The position numbers and the translations under genes were made by a program. Below, in pieces: positions 1 to 13,046 of a DNA stretch of 64,000 nt; the stretch's first letter is position 1, and every line of letters begins with the position of its first letter. The notes beneath the pieces were generated by a model, which saw only the letters and a list, made by a program, of their open reading frames with translations, made no database searches and had not been told where the DNA came from. Source of the stretch: Chrysomallon squamiferum (Eukaryota; Animalia; Mollusca); NCBI GenBank assembly GCA_012295275.1, contig CM022677.1, forward strand, positions 8,370,001 to 8,434,000, in the 5' to 3' direction.

Positions 1-3000
1 CGCCATCTGTGGTTAACCTTGTTAGGTGCTTATGTGCATGCTGCAGTGTCACCGATGATTGTAGCTCGCAGCCTGGAATGAGAGAACACCTATCGCGAAT
101 GCCACAGTTGAAGCTTTCGATCTTGCACAGAAATGTCTGTTCGGTTGCAGTTCGTAAACGTCAGTCATTGTCTTACTACTGCGACAGATGGAAACAAGAA
201 GTTCGAATCGTTCTGTAATGAAGATATCGTCTCGAGGGTGTTAAGTACTAACCGTTAGATTCGGCTTCGCACACCTTCGTCTTCCAAGAGTAGTTCGAAC
301 CGAACAGGAGGAGTTGCACGTCTTCTCGCTCTAACAAACACATACGCAAACACGCTCACACTGAAACGCAGGTTACTACTCGTTCATTTTCCGTATTAGT
401 AGATAAGCAAACGCATTTTTTTTTTCACTTTAACAAAGGAACCCAGAAACAAAATATAGACAGCACACCCCGAATGCTGCTCATCGTTAGATCTGTTCGG
501 TTAAAGACGAGTACAGTGGGAACGAAAAGAGCGCATTCTTCACCGCTCTCGCCATCTGTGGTTAACCTTGTTAGGTGCTTATGTGCATGCTGCAGTGTCA
601 CCGATGATTGTAGCTCGCAGCCTGGAATGAGAGAACACCTATCGCGAATGCCACAGTTGAAGCTTTCGATCTTGCACAGAAATGTCTGTTCGGTTGCAGT
701 TCGTAAACGTCAGTCATTGTCTTACTACTGCGACAGATGGAAACAAGAAGTTCGAATCGTTCTGTAATGAAGATATCGTCTCGAGGGTGTTAAGTACTAA
801 CCGTTAGATTCGGCTTCGCACACCTTCGTCTTCCAAGAGTAGTTCGAACCGAACAGGAGGAGTTGCACGTCTTCTCGCTCTAACAAACACATACGCAAAC
901 ACGCTCACACTGAAACGCAGGTTACTACTCGTTCATTTTCCGTATTAGTAGATAAGCAAACGCATGATTTTTTTTTTTTCACTTTAACAAAGGAACCCAG
1001 AAACAAAATATAGACAGCACACCCCGAATGCTGCTCATCGTTAGATCTGTTCGGTTAAAGACGAGTACAGTGGGAACGAAAAGAGCGCATTCTTCACCGC
1101 TCTCGCCATCTGTGGTTAACCTTGTTAGGTGCTTATGTGCATGCTGCAGTGTCACCGATGATTGTAGCTCGCAGCCTGGAATGAGAGAACACCTATCGCG
1201 AATGCCACAGTTGAAGCTTTCGATCTTGCACAGAAATGTCTGTTCGGTTGCAGTTCGTAAACGTCAGTCATTGTCTTACTACTGCGACAGATGGAAACAA
1301 GAAGTTCGAATCGTTCTGTAATGAAGATATCGTCTCGAGGGTGTTAAGTACTAACCGTTAGATTCGGCTTCGCACACCTTCGTCTTCCAAGAGTAGTTCG
1401 AACCGAACAGGAGGAGTTGCACGTCTTCTCGCTCTAACAAACACATACGCAAACACGCTCACACTGAAACGCAGGTTACTACTCGTTCATTTTCCGTATT
1501 AGTAGATAAGCAAACGCATGACTTTTTTCACTTTAACAAAGGAACCCAGAAACAAAATATAGACAGCACACCCCGAATGCTGCTCATCGTTAGATCTGTT
1601 CGGTTAAAGACGAGTACAGTGGGAACGAAAAGAGCGCATTCTTCACCGCTCTCGCCATCTGTGGTTAACCTTGTTAGGTGCTTATGTGCATGCTGCAGTG
1701 TCACCGATGATTGTAGCTCGCAGCCTGGAATGAGAGAACACCTATCGCGAATGCCACAGTTGAAGCTTTCGATCTTGCACAGAAATGTCTGTTCGGTTGC
1801 AGTTCGTAAACGTCAGTCATTGTCTTACTACTGCGACAGATGGAAACAAGAAGTTCGAATCGTTCTGTAATGAAGATATCGTCTCGAGGGTGTTAAGTAC
1901 TAACCGTTAGATTCGGCTTCGCACACCTTCGTCTTCCAAGAGTAGTTCGAACCGAACAGGAGGAGTTGCACGTCTTCTCGCTCTAACAAACACATACGCA
2001 AACACGCTCACACTGAAACGCAGGTTACTACTCGTTCATTTTCCGTATTAGTAGATAAGCAAACGCATGATTTTTTTTCACTTTAACAAAGGAACCCAGA
2101 AACAAAATATAGACAGCACACCCCGAATGCTGCTCATCGTTAGATCTGTTCGGTTAAAGACGAGTACAGTGGGAACGAAAAGAGCGCATTCTTCACCGCT
2201 CTCGCCATCTGTGGTTAACCTTGTTAGGTGCTTATGTGCATGCTGCAGTGTCACCGATGATTGTAGCTCGCAGCCTGGAATGAGAGAACACCTATCGCGA
2301 ATGCCACAGTTGAAGCTTTCGATCTTGCACAGAAATGTCTGTTCGGTTGCAGTTCGTAAACGTCAGTCATTGTCTTACTACTGCGACAGATGGAAACAAG
2401 AAGTTCGAATCGTTCTGTAATGAAGATATCGTCTCGAGGGTGTTAAGTACTAACCGTTAGATTCGGCTTCGCACACCTTCGTCTTCCAAGAGTAGTTCGA
2501 ACCGAACAGGAGGAGTTGCACGTCTTCTCGCTCTAACAAACACATACGCAAACACGCTCACACTGAAACGCAGGTTACTACTCGTTCATTTTCCGTATTA
2601 GTAGATAAGCAAACGCATGACTTTTTCACTTTAACAAAGGAACCCAGAAACAAAATATAGACAGCACACCCCGAATGCTGCTCATCGTTAGATCTGTTCG
2701 GTTAAAGACGAGTACAGTGGGAACGAAAAGAGCGCATTCTTCACCGCTCTCGCCATCTGTGGTTAACCTTGTTAGGTGCTTATGTGCATGCTGCAGTGTC
2801 ACCGATGATTGTAGCTCGCAGCCTGGAATGAGAGAACACCTATCGCGAATGCCACAGTTGAAGCTTTCGATCTTGCACAGAAATGTCTGTTCGGTTGCAG
2901 TTCGTAAACGTCAGTCATTGTCTTACTACTGCGACAGATGGAAACAAGAAGTTCGAATCGTTCTGTAATGAAGATATCGTCTCGAGGGTGTTAAGTACTA

Positions 3001-6000
3001 ACCGTTAGATTCGGCTTCGCACACCTTCGTCTTCCAAGAGTAGTTCGAACCGAACAGGAGGAGTTGCACGTCTTCTCGCTCTAACAAACACATACGCAAA
3101 CACGCTCACACTGAAACGCAGGTTACTACTCGTTCATTTTCCGTATTAGTAGATAAGCAAACGCATGATTTTTTTCACTTTAACAAAGGAACCCAGAAAC
3201 AAAATATAGACAGCACACCCCGAATGCTGCTCATCGTTAGATCTGTTCGGTTAAAGACGAGTACAGTGGGAACGAAAAGAGCGCATTCTTCACCGCTCTC
3301 GCCATCTGTGGTTAACCTTGTTAGGTGCTTATGTGCATGCTGCAGTGTCACCGATGATTGTAGCTCGCAGCCTGGAATGAGAGAACACCTATCGCGAATG
3401 CCACAGTTGAAGCTTTCGATCTTGCACAGAAATGTCTGTTCGGTTGCAGTTCGTAAACGTCAGTCATTGTCTTACTACTGCGACAGATGGAAACAAGAAG
3501 TTCGAATCGTTCTGTAATGAAGATATCGTCTCGAGGGTGTTAAGTACTAACCGTTAGATTCGGCTTCGCACACCTTCGTCTTCCAAGAGTAGTTCGAACC
3601 GAACAGGAGGAGTTGCACGTCTTCTCGCTCTAACAAACACATACGCAAACACGCTCACACTGAAACGCAGGTTACTACTCGTTCATTTTCCGTATTAGTA
3701 GATAAGCAAACGCATGATTTTTTTTTTCACTTTAACAAAGGAACCCAGAAACAAAATATAGACAGCACACCCCGAATGCTGCTCATCGTTAGATCTGTTC
3801 GGTTAAAGACGAGTACAGTGGGAACGAAAAGAGCGCATTCTTCACCGCTCTCGCCATCTGTGGTTAACCTTGTTAGGTGCTTATGTGCATGCTGCAGTGT
3901 CACCGATGATTGTAGCTCGCAGCCTGGAATGAGAGAACACCTATCGCGAATGCCACAGTTGAAGCTTTCGATCTTGCACAGAAATGTCTGTTCGGTTGCA
4001 GTTCGTAAACGTCAGTCATTGTCTTACTACTGCGACAGATGGAAACAAGAAGTTCGAATCGTTCTGTAATGAAGATATCGTCTCGAGGGTGTTAAGTACT
4101 AACCGTTAGATTCGGCTTCGCACACCTTCGTCTTCCAAGAGTAGTTCGAACCGAACAGGAGGAGTTGCACGTCTTCTCGCTCTAACAAACACATACGCAA
4201 ACACGCTCACACTGAAACGCAGGTTACTACTCGTTCATTTTCCGTATTAGTAGATAAGCAAACGCATGATTTTTTTCACTTTAACAAAGGAACCCAGAAA
4301 CAAAATATAGACAGCACACCCCGAATGCTGCTCATCGTTAGATCTGTTCGGTTAAAGACGAGTACAGTGGGAACGAAAAGAGCGCATTCTTCACCGCTCT
4401 CGCCATCTGTGGTTAACCTTGTTAGGTGCTTATGTGCATGCTGCAGTGTCACCGATGATTGTAGCTCGCAGCCTGGAATGAGAGAACACCTATCGCGAAT
4501 GCCACAGTTGAAGCTTTCGATCTTGCACAGAAATGTCTGTTCGGTTGCAGTTCGTAAACGTCAGTCATTGTCTTACTACTGCGACAGATGGAAACAAGAA
4601 GTTCGAATCGTTCTGTAATGAAGATATCGTCTCGAGGGTGTTAAGTACTAACCGTTAGATTCGGCTTCGCACACCTTCGTCTTCCAAGAGTAGTTCGAAC
4701 CGAACAGGAGGAGTTGCACGTCTTCTCGCTCTAACAAACACATACGCAAACACGCTCACACTGAAACGCAGGTTACTACTCGTTCATTTTCCGTATTAGT
4801 AGATAAGCAAACGCATGACTTTTTTCACTTTAACAAAGGAACCCAGAAACAAAATATAGACAGCACACCCCGAATGCTGCTCATCGTTAGATCTGTTCGG
4901 TTAAAGACGAGTACAGTGGGAACGAAAAGAGCGCATTCTTCACCGCTCTCGCCATCTGTGGTTAACCTTGTTAGGTGCTTATGTGCATGCTGCAGTGTCA
5001 CCGATGATTGTAGCTCGCAGCCTGGAATGAGAGAACACCTATCGCGAATGCCACAGTTGAAGCTTTCGATCTTGCACAGAAATGTCTGTTCGGTTGCAGT
5101 TCGTAAACGTCAGTCATTGTCTTACTACTGCGACAGATGGAAACAAGAAGTTCGAATCGTTCTGTAATGAAGATATCGTCTCGAGGGTGTTAAGTACTAA
5201 CCGTTAGATTCGGCTTCGCACACCTTCGTCTTCCAAGAGTAGTTCGAACCGAACAGGAGGAGTTGCACGTCTTCTCGCTCTAACAAACACATACGCAAAC
5301 ACGCTCACACTGAAACGCAGGTTACTACTCGTTCATTTTCCGTATTAGTAGATAAGCAAACGCATGATTTTTTTTTTTCACTTTAACAAAGGAACCCAGA
5401 AACAAAATATAGACAGCACACCCCGAATGCTGCTCATCGTTAGATCTGTTCGGTTAAAGACGAGTACAGTGGGAACGAAAAGAGCGCATTCTTCACCGCT
5501 CTCGCCATCTGTGGTTAACCTTGTTAGGTGCTTATGTGCATGCTGCAGTGTCACCGATGATTGTAGCTCGCAGCCTGGAATGAGAGAACACCTATCGCGA
5601 ATGCCACAGTTGAAGCTTTCGATCTTGCACAGAAATGTCTGTTCGGTTGCAGTTCGTAAACGTCAGTCATTGTCTTACTACTGCGACAGATGGAAACAAG
5701 AAGTTCGAATCGTTCTGTAATGAAGATATCGTCTCGAGGGTGTTAAGTACTAACCGTTAGATTCGGCTTCGCACACCTTCGTCTTCCAAGAGTAGTTCGA
5801 ACCGAACAGGAGGAGTTGCACGTCTTCTCGCTCTTACAAACAACACATACGCAAACACGCTCACACTGTAACGCAGGTTACTACTCGTTCATTTTCCGTA
5901 TTAGTAGATAAGCAAACGCATGATTTTTTTCACTTTAACAAAAGGAACCCAGAAACAAAATATAGACAGCACACCCCGAATGCTGCTCATCGTTAGATCT

Positions 6001-7216
6001 GTTCGGTTAAAGACGAGTACAGTGGGAACGAAAAGAGCGCATTCTTCACCGCTCTCGCCATCTGTGGTTAACCTTGTTAGGTGCTTATGTGCATGCTGCA
6101 GTGTCACCGATGATTGTAGCTCGCAGCCTGGAATGAGAGAACACCTATCGCGAATGCCACAGTTGAAGCTTTCGATCTTGCACAGAAATGTCTGTTCGGT
6201 TGCAGTTCGTAAACGTCAGTCATTGTCTTACTACTGCGACAGATGGAAACAAGAAGTTCGAATCGTTCTGTAATGAAGATATCGTCTCGAGGGTGTTAAG
6301 TACTAACCGTTAGATTCGGCTTCGCACACCTTCGTCTTCCAAGAGTAGTTCGAACCGAACAGGAGGAGTTGCACGTCTTCTCGCTCTAACAAACACATAC
6401 GCAAACACGCTCACACTGAAACGCAGGTTACTACTCGTTCATTTTCCGTATTAGTAGATAAGCAAACGCATGATTTTTTTCACTTTAACAAAGGAACCCA
6501 GAAACAAAATATAGACAGCACACCCCGAATGCTGCTCATCGTTAGATCTGTTCGGTTAAAGACGAGTACAGTGGGAACGAAAAGAGCGCATTCTTCACCG
6601 CTCTCGCCATCTGTGGTTAACCTTGTTAGGTGCTTATGTGCATGCTGCAGTGTCACCGATGATTGTAGCTCGCAGCCTGGAATGAGAGAACACCTATCGC
6701 GAATGCCACAGTTGAAGCTTTCGATCTTGCACAGAAATGTCTGTTCGGTTGCAGTTCGTAAACGTCAGTCATTGTCTTACTACTGCGACAGATGGAAACA
6801 AGAAGTTCGAATCGTTCTGTAATGAAGATATCGTCTCGAGGGTGTTAAGTACTAACCGTTAGATTCGGCTTCGCACACCTTCGTCTTCCAAGAGTAGTTC
6901 GAACCGAACAGGAGGAGTTGCACGTCTTCTCGCTCTAACAAACACATACGCAAACACGCTCACACTGAAACGCAGGTTACTACTCGTTCATTTTCCGTAT
7001 TAGTAGATAAGCAAACGCATGACTTTTTTCACTTTAACAAAGGAACCCAGAAACAAAATATAGACAGCACACCCCGAATGCTGCTCATCGTTAGATCTGT
7101 TTGGTTAAAGACGAGTACAATGGGAACGAAAAGAGCGCATTCTTCACCGCTCTCGCCATTTGTGGTTAACCTTGTTAGGTGCCTGTGTTCATGCTGCTGG
7201 GTCACCGATGATTGTT
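1..7216. repeat. Tandem satellite array, ~549-bp unit (548-554), 13 full copies plus a degenerate partial 14th; continues off the left edge
   Basis: CGCCATCTGTGG recurs at about 1, 550, 1104, 1653, 2203, 2751, 3300, 3852, 4401, 4950, 5503, 6056, 6605 and 7154. Copies are near-identical and differ mainly in an oligo-T tract and one C/T site. The repeated 97-aa ORF simply mirrors this periodicity. Confidence 0.98.
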
Positions 7217-8690
7217 ATCGTTCACTATCCATTCAACACACACTATCCACTCATCAGACTGCAAACATTCGGCACGCAGTATACACGCTACAAAGAGCAA
7301 ACACTCGACAAAGACTATCCACTAAACACAGAGGAAACACTCTACACAGACTATACACTCAACAGAGTCTAAACACTGAACACAGTATCCACTCAACTGA
7401 GAATACACACTATCCACTCAAACAGTGAACACACACTATCCACTCAACACTCAACAGAGAGCAAACACTCGACATACACTACCGCTCAACAGTAAACAGA
7501 GAGCAAACACTCGAGACACACTACCGCTCAACAGTAAACAGAGAGCAAACACTCGAGACACACTACCGCTCAACAGTAAACAGAGAACAAGCACTCGACA
7601 CACACTATATACTCAACAGAGAGCAAACACTCGACACACACTATATACTCAACAGAGAGCAAACACTCGACACACACTACCGCTCAACAGTAAACAGAGA
7701 GGAAACAGTCGACACACGCTACCGCTCAACAGTAAACAGAGAGGAAACAGTCGACACACTCTACCGCTCAACAGTAAACAGAGAGGAAACAGTCGACACA
7801 CGCTATACACTCCACACACACAATCTAATCAACAGAGTGCAAACACTCAACACACACTATCCACTCAACACTAAACAGAGAGCAAATATTCGACACACAC
7901 TATCCATTCAACAGAGAGCATAGACTCCACACACCATACACTGTAGACACACCGTACACTCCACTCACCTTCCGTTCAACAGAGCATACTCCACAGACAG
8001 CATCCACTTAACACACACAATCTAGTCAACAGAGAGCACACACTCCACACACAATCTACTCAACAGAGCAAACACTCCACACACAGAATACACTACACAC
8101 ACACAATCCACTCAACAGAGCATGCACTCCACACACACTACAGACTCCAAACACACTATACACTCATCAGAGAGCATACAGTCCACACACACAATCCACT
8201 CAAAAGAGAGCATACACTCCAGACACACTATACACTGAACAGAGAGCAAACATTCCACACACACCATACAGTCAAACAGAGAGCATACACTCCACATACA
8301 ACATACACTCAACAGAGAGCATACACTCCACACACACTACTCAACAGAGAGCATACGCTACACACACTCCATTCACTCAACAGAGTAAACACTCCACACA
8401 CTCCATACACTCAACACAGATACACTCCACACTCCATACACTCAACACAGATACACTCCACACACTCCATACACTCAACACAGATACACTCCACACACTC
8501 CATACACTCAACACAGATACACTCCACACACTCCATACACTCAACACAGATATACTCCACACACTCCATACACTCAACAGAGAGCATACACTCCACACAC
8601 TCCATACACTCCACAGAGAGCATACACTCCACACACTCCATCCACTCAACAGAGAGCAAACACTCCACACACACCATCCACCCTGTCAGA
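7217..8690. repeat. C/A-rich degenerate minisatellite zone (42-, 36- and 33-bp related units)
   Basis: Units such as ACTACCGCTCAACAGTAAACAGAGAGCAAACACTCGAGACAC (42 bp, ~7460-7800) and CACTCCACACACTCCATACACTCAACACAGATA (33 bp, ~8390-8560). Strong strand asymmetry. Confidence 0.92.
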
Positions 8691-9309
8691 GCATTATATG
8701 AATGAGAATGATGTATCTGATGTGCTGTTGTGTTTTTGCCTGCAGTGTATGTTGGTGTAATTGGTTTGTGTGGTTTCTACATAAACTTACAAACTTACCT
8801 TGTTTTTGTCTTCTCAAGGAAACTACAGCTGGCACTATCTCAACATGAAGATTTGCAGTTTGTTGTGAAAATTAAAAGAATTTATGACAGTGTATTTTCG
8901 GCCAGGTTTAATTATAATTAATAAAAGAAACTAATTTTGTTTGTAACAATATATAGCATTTGATCGGTTTCTAAAAGAACATCATTTGAGATACATTTCT
9001 TCCTTTTATTTATTTATTTTAATTTAAGTAAGTTTTAATTTCATCATTAGTTCCAGAAAAACAGATTATTTCTGTCCAACTTGTAGAAATCAAATTCTCT
9101 CCACTAAATCATCAGTTGCAATCCTCCAGTTTTCCAAGGCACTGTTTATCCTGAAAGTTGAAGAAACAACATATGAAATTTTAGATGTCAGATATCAGAA
9201 AATAACAGACAATTAAATTTCATTCTGTACATGTGAATTTAACATGTTTTACAAGAACAAGTTCTGAGTATCTTTGATGCTTTATTATTACAACTATTAT
9301 TATTATTAT

Positions 9310-9352
<43 letters not shown>

Positions 9353-10149
9353 TTTTATTAGGTCTTATTATATTTTTATTAAATATTTTGGTCACATCTG
9401 AAAGCTTTCATATCACATAAATGCATATTACAATTGTGAAAATTAACTTGTATTATTATTTTTTTTTTTTCTTGTTTGTTTGTATGACAAATAACAGATC
9501 CAGCATTACACAAAACACACTGGGGTTCACTGTGTTCTACTTGCATCTGGTGTTTGGCTGGTGTATGTGTTTGTGCTTTATTTGTGTTGTTTTTGTGTGT
9601 TTTGTGTATATGAGGTCTGTGACATGTGAGTCTTGTGTTTTGTAAGTTTAATACATAAAGGAAATAGCACTAAACTGCTGTGCTGTTGTACAAGTGTCTG
9701 ATATTTTGATATTTGTCTCTGTGTGTATCTGTCTATATGTTCTTTGGTATGTTTCATGTGTGAATGTTATGTGCAGTTTGTATGATGTGTTCGTGTTGTT
9801 TTTTGGAGTAGTATATGTGGATGACATCTGTTTATCTGTGTGTGTGTGTGTGTCTGTGTGTGAGATGTTTTCAAAGTGATTGTTTTCTGTCTAGATGAGT
9901 GTTTGTGATGTGGTCAGGTAACTTCAATGTCTAATTACCAGAGAGCTATAGCAGCAAGAACGACAGCTCCTGGTAGAGATTCCCAAGAGGGTTGTGTCTA
10001 GGCCGGAATATAGGAAGGGGGCCTAATCCTAGTTAAATGCTAATTCTGTCATATGACAGTCCACAACAGATGATGCTCAACCACTGGAGACCTGCCAGAG
10101 TGGAAGAATGATCGGTTCTATGCCATAAGTTACAGGTAATTCCAGATTT

Positions 10150-10980
10150 TAAAATCTATGGGAGAAAGCTACTGGTAGTGAAAAAAGACAAGTTATTAAA
10201 AACAACAAACTAAATTTGTCACCATGGAATACTTAAGAAATCTCAAAAACAATGACTATCCTTGCTGTCAGTGGATATTAATGTAGAGAACAGAATTGTC
10301 ACTGTGTGATTTTAACAGCCATTCACAAAATTTGGAATTGTTTGAGACAATTAGAAGAGCAGATGTACTAGAAGACTGGCAGATAAATCTGCAGCCCCCA
10401 ACTATTAAGTTGTTCTCAAGATCCTCCTACATCTTTTCTTGACAACCACCACAAACCTAGCTTTTATTACAAACTTGCAGAATTGAACTCAGTCAGTCAG
10501 TTGGAATCAATAGCCACAGTAATGAAATTGACAGCAGATGTCAAGATGGAATTACAAAAAGGCAAACTGGTTCTACTTTCAAACTGATAGATATCCATAC
10601 AGGCAATATTAATATTGAAAACAAATCATACAGATAAGGTTGTCAAAGAATTCAATACACTCAATTCTCAAAAAATTGCAAAGGAAACCATGCAAAGAAG
10701 AGCAAGATGAACTTATACACCTTACTGAATAGAACATCTGCAGAATCTAGTGTCTAAGCTAAATGAAGCCATAGAAATTGTGGAATAAGAGTCAACTGTT
10801 GAAGGCAACATACAACTGAAGGCAGTAATTGCAGAGTAACTTTTGCTTTTGTTCAAACAGCAATAAAGCCATCCTTGTAACATTTTTGTCAGATCTGAAA
10901 TCATAAAGCTTTCATTTCCAGATGCTGTTCTTCACCTGCTAAATAAACAACATAGCATTATGAATGAAAACAAATCCCAC
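10150..10980 (+). pseudogene. Decayed coding relic, possibly the N-terminal region of a P-element/THAP9-like transposase
   Basis: More complex than its flanks. One frame reads IEHLQNLVSKLNEAIEIVE*ESTVEGNIQLKAVIAE*LLLLFKQQ*SHPCNIFVRSEIIKLSFPDA, loosely recalling the EQLxLLxK...SPxAY segment of P-type transposases. Multiple stops; the family call is recall-based inference. Confidence 0.22.
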
Positions 10981-11380
10981 AGAAATATTTCATAAATGTG
11001 ACAAATCATCTTCTGTTATTATATATTAATTTTACTTTTTATTTATTTTTATTTTTTGCATTATAAATTTTTATGTTTATTAACTAATATTTATTATTTA
11101 TTTTATTTCAACAATGTATTTACATTTGATAATGCTGTGAAAAGTGTAAATAATAATTTAAGTATGAATAAATAAATTAAATTTTTCAATTGGTGTAAAA
11201 GTTTTTAATTTGTCTACCCTTATTATTGTTGTTGTTGTTGTTACTGTTATTGTTATTGTCTTATTGCTATTGTTATTGCTATTGTCATTGTAATTATTAC
11301 TATCATTATTATTATTATTATTTGTGTAGTAACTTTTATTTTTAATTTTTGTTTTTTAATATCCTGTTTTAAAGAAAGTT

Positions 11381-11759
11381 CAATTCCAGAAAAAAGGAAA
11401 CTTCACAAAGCAGGCATTAATAAATTAGCTTGATGAAATGAATGGATGAACAGCAGACCTGTTACTAATTTCCACTGACTTAGTAACAAGTATATTAATC
11501 ACACGTAGATTATGGGTAAGTCTGTTAAAGATACTGGAGCAGCTAATCTCTAACACGTCTGCCATATTTTCAAACACAACATACAAGAATAAGTCTTTTA
11601 AACATTACGACAGTGTAATATCAGTAACAAGTCTGCATAATTCACCAAAATATCAATAATATCACGGGCAGTGTAACTTACTGATTTTCACATTTATACC
11701 ACTTTTAAAGTTTTAAAACAGTTAATTTCACAATCTAGCTGCTTGTCCTTTCTCCTTTT
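11381..11759 (+). repeat. Local direct duplication, copy 1 (exon-like segment ending G/GTAAGT plus downstream intron-like sequence)
   Basis: Shares AACAGCAGACCTGTTACTA, TCTGTTAAAGATACTGGAGCAGCTAATCTCTAACACGTCTGCCA and TCTAGCTGCTTGTCCTTTCTCCTTT with 12617-13046. Confidence 0.9.
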
Positions 11760-12413
11760 CTAGAGCTAACTATTATATTAGATTGTTTTTAAGACTGAGA
11801 AAGGATTAGTTCATTGTTTCTATTAAAATGATAATAATAATAAATAAAAAATAATAATAAAAATGTTATTATGCTTAATATTCTCGGGATAACAACATCA
11901 GATAACATTTTTTATATTTACACATTTTGCTTTTTCATTCAGACACAGGATGATCAAATGTTTACAATTAAATATAAAGATGATTAAGTAAATCTTGTTA
12001 GAATAAATAAAGCAATTCTAATGATGTTCAAAAACATAAATAGAACATCTCTTTGTTCATTTTATATTTTTACATGATTATTATTTATTTATTCATTCAT
12101 TTATTGATTGTATTTTTATTTTTTATTTTGGATGAAAGGTATTTATATGAAGTAAACCAAATAACGTTCATGTTGTTGAAATATCTTTGAAATTTTCTTA
12201 AGATATGTTATTCTAAAGGTGATTTCATTCTGTGCCTGTAAATAAAAAATAGAACTGTTATTTCAACAAAATCATACAATAATAATAATAATAATTTTCT
12301 ATTTGTGTAGAACTGTATTGATTATTATAAAAATTTTTATATTCTAATGTAAGGCATCAAGAAATTAAAAATGTAAAAAATAGTAAAAAATAAGAAATAA
12401 TTAAAAATATTAA

Positions 12414-12459
<46 letters not shown>

Positions 12460-12616
12460 TTCAAGTTCTACAAGACAGTTTTTCATTAGTGATTTCAGTT
12501 TGAAACAATGATCAGATATTTGCTGACAGACAGAGTTCAATGAATGATTCACAAAAACTAAAGGTGTGTTATTTGTTTGTTATTCTTTGATCTATTTACT
12601 TCTTAAAATAGATATC

Positions 12617-13046
12617 CATCCAAGAAAAAGGAAATTTGGCAAAGCAGGAACTAAAGAAATTTACTCTATTAACAGATAAACAGCAGACCTGTTACTAGCT
12701 TCCATTGCCAGGATTAATTAGACCACAGATTTTGGGCAAGTCTGTTAAAGATACTGGAGCAGCTAATCTCTAACACGTCTGCCACATTTTCACACAAAAC
12801 AAGAATAAAAGTATTATAAACATTACAACAGTGTAAAATCAGTAACACATCTGCCACATTTTCAAACTAAACAGAATAAAAGTATTATAAACATTACAAC
12901 AGTATAATATCAGTAACACGTCTGCATAATTCACCAAAATATCAATAATATCACGGGCAGTGTAACATTGATTTTCACATTTACACCACTTTTAAAATTT
13001 TAAAACATTTAATTTCACAATCTAGCTGCTTGTCCTTTCTCCTTTC
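12617..13046 (+). repeat. Local direct duplication, copy 2 (carries one extra ~70-bp internal unit)
   Basis: Same shared blocks as 11381-11759; the donor-like site reads GCAAGT here. Confidence 0.9.

Noticed and set aside
1-12. CTCF/YY1-like motif CGCCATCTGTGG
   Set aside because: One base short of the CTCF consensus spacing; too weak without binding data.
135-222. Intact tRNA gene in the satellite unit
   Set aside because: T-arm- and D-loop-like pieces exist, but there is no acceptor stem or 7-nt anticodon loop; kept only as a motif-level finding.
243-253. GGTTAGTACTT on the minus strand, identical to a conserved 5S rRNA segment
   Set aside because: Only 11 nt match; the flanking 5S sequence (GGATGGGAGACC, GATCTCG, terminal stem) is absent.
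474-7428. Repeated 97-aa ORF in each satellite unit as a tandem protein-coding gene
   Set aside because: No recognisable domain, splice or polyA context; identity across copies just reflects DNA identity; the upstream extension changes with T-run length.
11515-11552. KSVKDTGAANL as an LRR fragment
   Set aside because: It lies downstream of a strong GTAAGT donor-like site and ends in a stop; more likely intronic chance similarity.
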